Shown here in pieces: positions 19,354 to 28,004 of a stretch of 64,000 nt of DNA. Within the stretch, counting starts at the first letter, position 1, and the number at the start of each line of letters is the position of its first letter. The notes beneath the pieces were generated by a model, which was given only the letters and a program-made list of their open reading frames with translations, did not search any database and was not told the DNA's origin. The stretch comes from a virus: the IMG/VR virus record IMGVR_UViG_3300009103_001660, positions 32,001-96,000 of that record; one strand, 5' to 3'. A program made the translations under genes and the position numbers.

Positions 19354-20352
19354 TTACCCGTGTAACCTAATAAAATCTTCCATATCTAGAGTACCACCCT
19401 TTTTCTGAGCTTCCTTTGTAAGATTCATGCGCGTTTGTGGATCGCCAGAATCAATTCCCATTTTTGCAAGGTCTTCTTTTGTTGCACCCACCATAGATAC
19501 AGCGCCCGCTTTACCCTCTTCTGGTAAAGCTTTTTCCATGGCTTTTTGACCCTCTTTGGCGGACTCAAGCCAGTCCACCAGTTTATCTGGATCTTTATAT
19601 AGATCCTCAGGGGGTTTGACTTTTGCATCTGAAATCATTTGTTTGTAATATCTGGCGTATGTAAATAAATTAGTTTGATTAAAAGTTAATTTGATTACTG
19701 GTTTACCAAATAAATTTACAACATCATCTCCACATATATAAAATATAGACAAGAAAAACGGGGCAAGAGATATTCTTTTAATGCTATTATCATCAAACAT
19801 TTTAGAGATTTCCATATACCCCTCAAAAAGTTTGTTAAGATCGAGTTCGGTCAGATGGTCAAACTCTTCAATACTGATAACTTTTTCTTTAAATTGATTG
19901 TCTTTATATAAGACGCTTCTTATATAGTGTTCTGAAGATTTTTTTTGAGCGTATCTTTCTGAGGTTAAGCCTATGGATTCAGCTTTTGAGGTTTCTAGGT
20001 CTTTTAGTTTGTCTTGGGCTTCATTTAATTGATTATCTATACCAGCTAACTGTTTTTGAAGAAAAAGCTTTTTTCTAGAATTCCTGAGACCATCGACAAA
20101 AGAAGAAAGTTCTGCCCGCCGCTGTTCTTCTTCATCTGTCCATATACCTTGTTCATTTAATATTTTTAATTGTTCTTTTTCCGAAGGTAAACCCAACCCT
20201 TCAGCTTTCGACTTATAAAAATCGGTTGTATCCTCAAGACCCGCGGAATCTTCTACTGTTAAATGTTTAAAATAAACTTTGCCGTATTTCTCTAGCTGTA
20301 TTTCGGAATAACCTTTAATTATATCATTATATATTAGTTTTTGATTTTTCAC
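19354..20352 (-). CDS. Putative tail assembly chaperone (GTG start)
   Basis: Position immediately upstream of the tape measure; acidic, helical; GTGA overlap with the preceding gene. Confidence 0.5.
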   Translation of the reverse strand: MKNQKLIYNDIIKGYSEIQLEKYGKVYFKHLTVEDSAGLEDTTDFYKSKAEGLGLPSEKEQLKILNEQGIWTDEEEQRRAELSSFVDGLRNSRKKLFLQKQLAGIDNQLNEAQDKLKDLETSKAESIGLTSERYAQKKSSEHYIRSVLYKDNQFKEKVISIEEFDHLTELDLNKLFEGYMEISKMFDDNSIKRISLAPFFLSIFYICGDDVVNLFGKPVIKLTFNQTNLFTYARYYKQMISDAKVKPPEDLYKDPDKLVDWLESAKEGQKAMEKALPEEGKAGAVSMVGATKEDLAKMGIDSGDPQTRMNLTKEAQKKGGTLDMEDFIRLHG

Positions 20353-21287
20353 GAATCATCACTTTTAGATTCTTCTTTGGGCTCTTCCTCTTTAGGCTCT
20401 TCCGATTGTGGCTCTTCCTCTTTGGGTTCTTCCGATTGCGGCTCTTCGGCCTTTTCTTCATCTTCGGTTTTCTTTTTTTCTTCGTCTAATTTATTAGCCG
20501 CAAATTCTTCTGTTGCTTTTTCGGTTTCTTCTAATCCAGTTAGGTCTTCATTTTCCGCCATTTCAAGAAGACGTTTAAGTTCTTCGGTGTCGTTTGTTTT
20601 ACTAACATACCAAAAGCTTGTATAGTAAAAAAGTTTTTGAACCAGTTCATTGTCGTAATCATCGTCGCGATCCTCTAGCTCATCGTAAACTTTTGTTTTT
20701 TCTGAGAACTCTTCTCCCGCGAAAACTGGATGTTCTTTGCCCTCTTCATCTATCATGTGTGACAAATGAAGAACCCACCAAAAAATTGTTTTATTTCTAG
20801 CTCTGTTTTCCGCAGTTTGATCATACAGAGTTGATCTAGCTAGTTCAAATTCTTGCAGTTGCTTTTTCGCTTCGAGCAAATACTCTTTTGTTTCTTCGTA
20901 TCTTTGCTGCTCTTCTTCAGTTCTTGAATCCTTAGGCTTTAACGCAATAACTTGAGCTTCAACCTGCTTTTCAAAAATGTTATCATATAATTCTTTAAAT
21001 TCTGTCTTTTCGTCTTCGCTTAAAATACCGCCGTCGTTATTGAATCTTTTTGCGAGGAGCGGGCGGGTTAATAGCCCCGCCTTAATCCCTTCTGATAGCT
21101 GTACAGCGTAATAAAGCTCTGCCGCATCAAATAGTTTTCTTGTTGGTTTCCTGAGAAAATAGTTATTGTCTACTAATTTTTTAACATCAGTGGTCGTTGT
21201 TACTTCCTGCCCCTGATCGTTTTTTTCAGTATGAGACTCCTTAACTGTTTCTTCTCTTGTTATTGTAAATTCATATAGTCTTTTCAT
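20349..21287 (-). CDS. Putative tail assembly chaperone
   Basis: Between tube and tape measure; acidic helical protein with an EEP-repeat tail. Confidence 0.5.
   Translation of the reverse strand: MKRLYEFTITREETVKESHTEKNDQGQEVTTTTDVKKLVDNNYFLRKPTRKLFDAAELYYAVQLSEGIKAGLLTRPLLAKRFNNDGGILSEDEKTEFKELYDNIFEKQVEAQVIALKPKDSRTEEEQQRYEETKEYLLEAKKQLQEFELARSTLYDQTAENRARNKTIFWWVLHLSHMIDEEGKEHPVFAGEEFSEKTKVYDELEDRDDDYDNELVQKLFYYTSFWYVSKTNDTEELKRLLEMAENEDLTGLEETEKATEEFAANKLDEEKKKTEDEEKAEEPQSEEPKEEEPQSEEPKEEEPKEESKSDDS
20380..20447 (-). repeat. Tandem in-frame repeat encoding EEPQSEEPKEE x2
   Basis: ggctcttcctcttt(a/g)gg(c/t)tcttccgattg(t/c) is repeated with a 33-nt period. Confidence 0.8.
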
Positions 21288-21289
21288 AA

Positions 21290-21517
21290 TTATTGTTTAA
21301 AATTAATATTAAAATTAGATAAGTGCTCCTCTAATTCCCTTATAGAGTCATTGCCGTAATCTAAAACCCTTTTTCTAATTTGTTGATATTTATCTTTGTC
21401 GATGCATTTTTCTGCACCAGAGTCCTCTAAAAGAATAAGAAATGATTTACAAAGATTTATTATTTTTCTCTTATTTTGAAAATTAATAAACTTTTCTGGA
21501 GACACCTTTTCCTTCAT
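21290..21517 (-). CDS. Hypothetical protein (75 aa)
   Basis: TAAGGAG ribosome-binding site directly upstream of the ATG; fits between terminator and chaperone genes. Confidence 0.7.
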   Translation of the reverse strand: MKEKVSPEKFINFQNKRKIINLCKSFLILLEDSGAEKCIDKDKYQQIRKRVLDYGNDSIRELEEHLSNFNINFKQ

Positions 21518-21565
21518 AACTCCTTATACCTTATAACTATTATAATAAATAATGCCATTTTTTAC

Positions 21566-21594
21566 AAAAAAAAACCCCCCAATAAAGGGGGGTT
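21566..21594 (-). terminator. Rho-independent terminator after tail tube gene
   Basis: Stem AACCCCCC/GGGGGGTT around a 6-nt loop, followed on the minus strand by a 9-T run; 17 nt after the stop at 21611. Confidence 0.85.
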
Positions 21595-21610
21595 GTTAAA
21601 GTTAGTAAGA

Positions 21611-22753
21611 TTACGACTTACCACTAAAGAACAGTCCAACGCCAGATTGAGTTGCAGAACCAACCTGAGTGCTAAAGTTCATGGTGAGAGACTTATTATC
21701 TCCGATAGCGTTAGTATACGAAGTCCCATCTAGCTTAGCCTTTTTCATAACGATCGCCATGTGCAGGGCTGAACCCTTTGCGAGATTTACGATCAGATCG
21801 TAATCTCTATCTGCGTCGACGAGGTCAACCAAGTTAGCGGCGTCAGTTTCACCGCAAATGGCATCAACAGAAGCGGTAACGTTGACTGGGAATGTGACTT
21901 CTCTTGCATAAGCAAACTTGCTACCCAATTTCTGGAGAGCTTCTCTGGTCATATCCATTGAGAAGTTATAACTTTGAATCTTCATATCGCTAATCTTAGC
22001 ACCCACGTCTGTAGGCGCTGCACCATTACCGAGATCAGCAGAAACCAGAATGTCTAGAGAAGCATCACCTGGTTTCATCACTGTAGTTGTATCAGTGCCA
22101 GCGTTAAAGTGACTGTCACCCTGCGCGGCAACGTCTATCATTGCGAGTTTGAATTCCTTGCTCGTATTAGCTGCACCAGCAGAGTCCACAAACGGCGAAT
22201 GACCAGTCGTATTTGCATAGAACCTCATATTGAGAGCCTCAACACTTACGCTTGAAGTCGGGAATGATCCGATTGCTCCCTCCGTACTATATGAGGAAAT
22301 AAATCCGTTACCAATACCGATTGTTTCGTCGTTAGCGCTACCAGTTGCGTGGCGAGCGGCGTCACTCCCTTCGGGGACGACTCTAAGGTAATAATTTCTT
22401 TCGTCAGCGCCACCTAAGATGTCTCCTAGACATGATTTCATGTCGGAAAAGTCCGTATTGTGAGCGTTAACACTAAATCCCAATAGATCCTCATTTGCCC
22501 AGCTGCCTAGGTAATAATTGAAATCCATTGAAACCGTTGGTGCGTCGAGAATAACTCTGTCGATCGAGGCTAGCTCGCCGAACTGGTTAACGTCTTGACG
22601 TGTGATATCAAAACTGTAATTACAGCTTTGAAGACGCTGAAGAGCTTTTGGTGCATCACTCGCTGTCTCTGTGATGTAAGCTCCGTTTGCGTCTTTATCT
22701 GGACCCGCATAAAGGGCCTGACTTTGGTAAATAACTCTATTTCTTGATGCCAT
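21611..22753 (-). CDS. Major tail tube protein
   Basis: Position after neck/terminator genes and before chaperones and tape measure; own terminator; beta-rich with internally repeated QS.N(Y/F)S.D.TR motif. Confidence 0.75.
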   Translation of the reverse strand: MASRNRVIYQSQALYAGPDKDANGAYITETASDAPKALQRLQSCNYSFDITRQDVNQFGELASIDRVILDAPTVSMDFNYYLGSWANEDLLGFSVNAHNTDFSDMKSCLGDILGGADERNYYLRVVPEGSDAARHATGSANDETIGIGNGFISSYSTEGAIGSFPTSSVSVEALNMRFYANTTGHSPFVDSAGAANTSKEFKLAMIDVAAQGDSHFNAGTDTTTVMKPGDASLDILVSADLGNGAAPTDVGAKISDMKIQSYNFSMDMTREALQKLGSKFAYAREVTFPVNVTASVDAICGETDAANLVDLVDADRDYDLIVNLAKGSALHMAIVMKKAKLDGTSYTNAIGDNKSLTMNFSTQVGSATQSGVGLFFSGKS

Positions 22754-22815
22754 AATTTTTTCCTTTTATTTGTATATTTTTTTACATTTATTTAGTTTGT
22801 TTGGGAACTGTTCCC

Positions 22816-23712
22816 TTAATCAGTTATCGTTCTCGGATACCTGTAGGTTTCCAAGGTAAAATCTATTAGTGCTCTAAATATATCTGGGTTAGAGTTCGCA
22901 AAATTTTCCATATATCCGAGCGAAAACCTAGATACTCCTACATCACTTATATACACATTTTTTGTGGCGTTTACAGATAAATTATCATAATCGAACGGTA
23001 CTCCGCTTTTGAACCCGCCCAGAGCGTCAAATGGATATTGGTGATCGTCGAAAACTGGCACGACTTTTCTTACAGAATCCTTAAATATCGAACACGCTGC
23101 GTCGCATTTAAATTGACTATCGGCCAAAACTACTGCTCTCAGGTTTATACTTGTTGATTCACACCCACCAAAGGAGAATTCCTCATTTTTGCCCCCATTG
23201 TTTTTGATAAAAATCGCTGGATATGTCGCGACATTAGGTGCTAGCCCAGTGGGCGTTTGGGAAATGCCCCGCCTTAGATCTATTTTTGTTTCAAATAAAA
23301 GCTCCTGCTCAGCTTTGTTTGTAAGGTGGATACTGAAATCTTTTACGGCATATCTCCCACTTATGGTAACATTGGTTTGCTCAGCATTTAGTAACGCTTG
23401 GCCCTCATTGTAATTGAACCCTAGCAGCGGGGATGTATTCGTGCCATCAACGTAATGTCCAGTTGCTCTGAAATTTCCGTTTGTATATATCCCCGTTGGA
23501 ACTTGAGCGCCAAGTGTCCCAGTAACCGAAAAAGAACAGTCTGATACAAATTGCTTAAATGGTGCCCCATAGCTATAATACCCTTCATATAATGAGTTCA
23601 CTGGATAAAAGTCCGAATCGTAATTGGTAAAAGCCTCACCCTCAACCAATAGTTCATGGTCGAACCATAGCAAAAAACTAGAAATAACCCTATTTTCAAA
23701 TTGACTTTTCAT
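22816..23712 (-). CDS. Putative tail terminator / completion protein
   Basis: Directly upstream of the tube gene; YPAIFI...INLRAVVLADS pattern as in gpU/gp17-like terminators; assignment mostly by synteny. Confidence 0.5.
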   Translation of the reverse strand: MKSQFENRVISSFLLWFDHELLVEGEAFTNYDSDFYPVNSLYEGYYSYGAPFKQFVSDCSFSVTGTLGAQVPTGIYTNGNFRATGHYVDGTNTSPLLGFNYNEGQALLNAEQTNVTISGRYAVKDFSIHLTNKAEQELLFETKIDLRRGISQTPTGLAPNVATYPAIFIKNNGGKNEEFSFGGCESTSINLRAVVLADSQFKCDAACSIFKDSVRKVVPVFDDHQYPFDALGGFKSGVPFDYDNLSVNATKNVYISDVGVSRFSLGYMENFANSNPDIFRALIDFTLETYRYPRTITD

Positions 23713-24308
23713 TATTTATTTTTTTTAAAATTCTCTAACATGTAAGAGAGGTAGGGTAGGGGCGTAAACACGGCACTTCTAGCTTGCTTTTTGGACTGAA
23801 TACCAGTACCCGATCTACTTCCATTATACATTCTTCCATACAAATAATTTCCAAGCCCCGAGATTCCAGTTTCTATCTTAAATAGCCAGCTTCCTGGTTC
23901 CCAAGGCATTGGGGCAACCTTTTCTAAATCCTTATTACTTGGCATCGTTCCCCTAAATGTAAAGGCCATCCTTCCGTTCCCCCACATTTTTACTACTGGT
24001 GTTTTGTATAGATGTATGCTCGAAGTCAAAGCTTCCCGCACAGCTCCAATCGGATCTCCCCCAGGAAAACCTATAAAGCTATACAAATTTCCGTAGCCGC
24101 CGAGCGTGCCAGATGTGTTGCTCGCATCTGCGCCAGCCTCTATCTCTCTAGTAACGGGGTGATTATTAAATTCTTTTAGTAAGTCAGATTTTTTTTTATT
24201 AAAAACCTCCCTAGCTTTTTGATATGCGATTTCTTTGGCTTTAGATTTTGTCATAGCCCTCGAAATCGTTGTTCTTAACACCGCTCTATTTATTGATCCT
24301 CTAGCCAT
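23712..24308 (-). CDS. Putative neck / tail completion protein
   Basis: Basic 198-aa ORF in the neck cluster with TAATG overlaps; synteny only. Confidence 0.4.
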   Translation of the reverse strand: MARGSINRAVLRTTISRAMTKSKAKEIAYQKAREVFNKKKSDLLKEFNNHPVTREIEAGADASNTSGTLGGYGNLYSFIGFPGGDPIGAVREALTSSIHLYKTPVVKMWGNGRMAFTFRGTMPSNKDLEKVAPMPWEPGSWLFKIETGISGLGNYLYGRMYNGSRSGTGIQSKKQARSAVFTPLPYLSYMLENFKKNK

Positions 24309-24751
24309 TATACTATTTCTTCTAATATGAACACGTAAATTTTTAAACCAAAATAATCTCTTACAGCATCTGTACTTACTAAATTAAATCTCTTACCGTC
24401 AAATTCGAAGCTTTCAGTTTTTCCATTAACTATATAGTCTCTTGCATCCTGTTTAACTTTTATCGTTACTTGCCCCTCTGGGACCTGAACGCCAATATCA
24501 TCGGCCACACTCTTTTCCTGCTTAAGACCATATCTAACCAAAGCATCAAAAGCTTTATTGACTGGAACAAGTTTATAGTTTGATGTATTCGACCCCTCGT
24601 TATATCCTGGAAGAGTACTTTCAGAGTTTTTTGAAACTACCTGTCTTATCGGTTCTTTATGTATCGTTATCGTCTTTTTAAAAGTATCAAAAATATTCAA
24701 AAAAGAAGATTGAAAGTTAGCCTTATCTGCTGCTGATAAAAGTTCACTCAT
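24308..24751 (-). CDS. Putative head closure (stopper) protein
   Basis: 147 aa, beta-rich, ends FEFDGKRFNLVS...YFG..IYVFILE like head-closure proteins; synteny. Confidence 0.5.
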   Translation of the reverse strand: MSELLSAADKANFQSSFLNIFDTFKKTITIHKEPIRQVVSKNSESTLPGYNEGSNTSNYKLVPVNKAFDALVRYGLKQEKSVADDIGVQVPEGQVTIKVKQDARDYIVNGKTESFEFDGKRFNLVSTDAVRDYFGLKIYVFILEEIV

Positions 24752-24758
24752 GTTTTAT

Positions 24759-25280
24759 TTAATATATTATAGTTCCCTTATCTCTGTCATCTGTTCCAGT
24801 GCCAGAATAGTTTCCTTCTACAGTATCATCTCCAGCTACTTGTAATGGGGTAGATCCCCCCATTCTGTAGGCTTGTACGACCTTATTTAATTCTTCTAGT
24901 TCCGCTTTTTTTGCTGCTGAGTAAGTTTGACTTTGTTGAATTTTATTTACTTTTCTAACACGCGTTCCATCCGTTTCGATTTCTACTACAGTGTCGGTTT
25001 CTGCCGCCCCAAGAGACTCCCTAAGTTTCATGTCATAAAAATGTATCAAATACATTTTTTTAAGAACATATTTTTCGTCGTCTCCGAATGTCGGGGTTAT
25101 CTCCCAATCTTCCGCAGACCCCCCTACAATAAACTGTGTTTGCAGCAAGTTGTTCAGCCCACCAATATTAGACCTTACCCAAAAAGCTATAGCAGGGGTG
25201 GCCAATGTCTTTGGACTGCCTATTTCGACATGAATTTCATGGGCTATATCAACAATTTTACATCCTTCACAACTACTCAT
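24759..25280 (-). CDS. Putative head-tail adaptor
   Basis: First gene of the neck cluster, preceded by AGTGTAA; helical; synteny only. Confidence 0.45.
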   Translation of the reverse strand: MSSCEGCKIVDIAHEIHVEIGSPKTLATPAIAFWVRSNIGGLNNLLQTQFIVGGSAEDWEITPTFGDDEKYVLKKMYLIHFYDMKLRESLGAAETDTVVEIETDGTRVRKVNKIQQSQTYSAAKKAELEELNKVVQAYRMGGSTPLQVAGDDTVEGNYSGTGTDDRDKGTIIY

Positions 25281-25288
25281 GCCTATAT

Positions 25289-25295
25289 TTACACT
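25289..25295 (-). promoter_or_regulatory. Putative late promoter motif AGTGTAA
   Basis: TTAGTGTAAATATAGGC-ATG upstream of 25280. Confidence 0.5.
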
Positions 25296-25337
25296 AAGAA
25301 AGCGGAAAGTAAAATCAAAAAGAATAATAATTAGATT

Positions 25338-26027
25338 TTAATAAACCATGAGGTTTGTCACTGAAATTCTCCAACCATCAGGCGGGGGACTATAAAAGGT
25401 TATCATTGGGGTATAAAACTCTCCACGTCCAGTTTCTGGGATAAAGTAATCGTGTTGAGCGTCAAGCGTTCGCCCTATTCCGCTAGGAAATCCATTCATC
25501 GGGACCTGCGCAGCATTAACTAAAAGATAAAGCTCATTGTACGGGGCCCTATTCCCGACCCAAGACGGATGAAGATGAAATCCAGTAGTCGCCCCATCCC
25601 CAGTAAAGATAAAATTATCCAAATAGGTAATCGCCCCACTCGTCGCATGAGACATGAGTATGTGCTTGTCAGAATATTTAGTTTTGAACTTTAAGCTTCC
25701 TTGCCAATACGTTTCAAATGCACCAGTATAATAAAGCTTATTATTATAATAGTAATGCTCGGTATTTACCCCAGAACCAACAAATTGATCTCTATATGTT
25801 CCGTAGGGCGATGCAGCCCCGCTTCCGTAGTCCAAAAATCCCGTGGCCGTTTGGTGATGCCCAGATAAATATAAATTTGACAAATATAAATTAGATGTTT
25901 TGTCACTAAAAGCTGCGCCAACACCACTTCCAGTTACAGATATAAAATCCCCATAAGGAATGTGAAAGACATCAATCCTGTCGGGCCTGGTTCTTTTTAA
26001 TCTATCTCCGTAATAAGAATTTGGCAT
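25338..26027 (-). CDS. Hypothetical virion-associated protein
   Basis: 229-aa ORF, Gly/Tyr/Thr-rich, in the structural block; no family recognised. Confidence 0.6.
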   Translation of the reverse strand: MPNSYYGDRLKRTRPDRIDVFHIPYGDFISVTGSGVGAAFSDKTSNLYLSNLYLSGHHQTATGFLDYGSGAASPYGTYRDQFVGSGVNTEHYYYNNKLYYTGAFETYWQGSLKFKTKYSDKHILMSHATSGAITYLDNFIFTGDGATTGFHLHPSWVGNRAPYNELYLLVNAAQVPMNGFPSGIGRTLDAQHDYFIPETGRGEFYTPMITFYSPPPDGWRISVTNLMVY

Positions 26028-26072
26028 TAATATATTATATTGTTTTTTGTGTTACTTCTCAAGGTCAATTAC

Positions 26073-28001
26073 CTAAAATGCTCCATCATAATTTATAGGG
26101 GGATTTGAATCATATCCCGTCATTTCATTTGACGCTTGTCCGCTTGAGTCAAATGATATTTCATATACTTTTCCAATTACCTTTCCATAGTCTCCGCTTG
26201 AAGCACAAAGATTTTCCCCTGTTTTTTGAATTGTATAAGTTCTATCGCCTACTAAATTTATCACATATTCTCCATCTGTATTTTTTTGCGTTAAGCACCC
26301 AGTAATAAATCCTTCGTAGAATGGTGTATTTGTTTGCCCCAACTTCATATCCAAAATACTTAAATAGTCCCCACTTGGGCTATACCTAACCCCCCCTGGA
26401 TACCAACCAGATTGGGTGTATTCTGGATCACAACCAGTGAAAGGCCACCCGCCTACGAGATTAGTGCAAGAATTATCTGGCTCTATTGGTATCGGACAAC
26501 AGGTCGTTTCTATATCTTTTTGGTTGTTTGTCGTACAGAGCATCTCTGCTTCTGAGTAAAACTTAGAAAAATGAACTGCTGCTATTCCGCCATAAGCTAT
26601 AGTTGATTGGGGTATGGTAAATGAAGAACAACCGTTATCACACTTATTCAAATTCGATTCAGAATCCGTGACGCTATAGCACTGTCCCGTTTTTTGGTTT
26701 TCTATATAAGCGATACATTGTCCAGTGTATAGCCCAGTTCCATAAAATACATACGGAATATTTACTGTTACGCCAGTGCTTGACGAACCAAACGTAACAG
26801 ATACGGAGGCTTTATTCTGAGGGGTTCCCTCACAACACACCGTACCAGGAACACAAAGAAACCCAGCCTCACCAGTATCACACGGGCATTGCCAGACCTC
26901 TACTTTATAACTTCCTACGTTTACATTATTTTCTGTTTCCGAAAAGGCTGAGAACTCATTACTAGTTATTCCGCTTAAGGGAATCATGGCTCCCACTAAC
27001 CCCTGATTAAAATTATATACCCCTCTATATTTTACGCCTTCTGTAACGGGGCATTGTCCATTCAATTCTGGGTGAATTTTTCTTACTTCTATTTTTGTCC
27101 CACTTGAAAAAGTCGGGATAGCGCTTGTTCCATAACCGCCATAAGCCAAGCTGGAAATACGTATAGAATCCCCACCTGGCACAGTAAAAACATTTTCAGA
27201 CGAATATGGCGCATCACTTATTGCTACTTCAATAGAGGGCTGACCACAGTTTTCTATTTCAATCTCAGAATCCACGCCCGTTTGCTCAACAGCACACTTA
27301 CTATACTGATTCCACCATGAATAAAATGTTCTATTCTCATCGAATCCTGTTGCTGTTATAATTTCTGCCCCGCTCGGCATGGGAGCACAACCTGGATGAG
27401 AGTCTTGATTTAAACTTGCGGTCCATTGCCCGCTCATCATGTTATAACCATCTACTTGGGTATTACTATAATATATTACATGGTCAGTGTCTAAACTGTT
27501 ACATCCCTTTTCTACCTTTAAATAAATATCTAAATCTGAGGGACATCCTGCATCTGGATCGTATGGATCCTCCCCACACCCACTCCCCGTGGGAGGGGGC
27601 CAGTCCACAGTAGCCTTAACGTTATAACACCAAGCTCCAGTAGGACATGCTGGTGCATCCGTACATTCCAACTGTTCGGAAACGCTAGATAGCATAATTC
27701 CCGTTGGATAGGGCCACTTAACCCCAGTTATCTCACCTAAGTTACAATAAGTATAATCTCTTTCGCCTATTTTAGATGGGTCCGCACAACACTCTGCAAA
27801 TGAAGAATTATAAAGCCCCTGAATGTAAACTTTATTTTCATCCCAAGAACATCCAGTAGCGTAGTATCTGCTATAGTCTCCAGTAAATTGACACACTGTA
27901 TACGTATAGTCCAAATCACAATTAACATCGTCTTTTTCGGTATACTCCCTAAAGATCATACCGCCCATGTTAGCTGGAAAATAATAAGGGCTTTGTGCCA
28001 T
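26073..28001 (-). CDS. Cys-rich hypothetical protein (642 aa) with YfaP/DUF2135-like motif
   Basis: About 32 Cys by hand count; DLDIYLK...IYYSN...LNQD......GAEII resembles the DLDL...YY...LD.D...GPE.I motif. Confidence 0.5.
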   Translation of the reverse strand: MAQSPYYFPANMGGMIFREYTEKDDVNCDLDYTYTVCQFTGDYSRYYATGCSWDENKVYIQGLYNSSFAECCADPSKIGERDYTYCNLGEITGVKWPYPTGIMLSSVSEQLECTDAPACPTGAWCYNVKATVDWPPPTGSGCGEDPYDPDAGCPSDLDIYLKVEKGCNSLDTDHVIYYSNTQVDGYNMMSGQWTASLNQDSHPGCAPMPSGAEIITATGFDENRTFYSWWNQYSKCAVEQTGVDSEIEIENCGQPSIEVAISDAPYSSENVFTVPGGDSIRISSLAYGGYGTSAIPTFSSGTKIEVRKIHPELNGQCPVTEGVKYRGVYNFNQGLVGAMIPLSGITSNEFSAFSETENNVNVGSYKVEVWQCPCDTGEAGFLCVPGTVCCEGTPQNKASVSVTFGSSSTGVTVNIPYVFYGTGLYTGQCIAYIENQKTGQCYSVTDSESNLNKCDNGCSSFTIPQSTIAYGGIAAVHFSKFYSEAEMLCTTNNQKDIETTCCPIPIEPDNSCTNLVGGWPFTGCDPEYTQSGWYPGGVRYSPSGDYLSILDMKLGQTNTPFYEGFITGCLTQKNTDGEYVINLVGDRTYTIQKTGENLCASSGDYGKVIGKVYEISFDSSGQASNEMTGYDSNPPINYDGAF

Positions 28002-28004
28002 GGC

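Noticed and set aside
20330-20380. Lambda G/GT-type -1 programmed frameshift between the two chaperone genes
   Set aside because: The second gene is in the -1 frame, but that frame has TAA, TGA, TGA immediately before its GTG start, so no fusion is possible; it is ordinary GTGA coupling.
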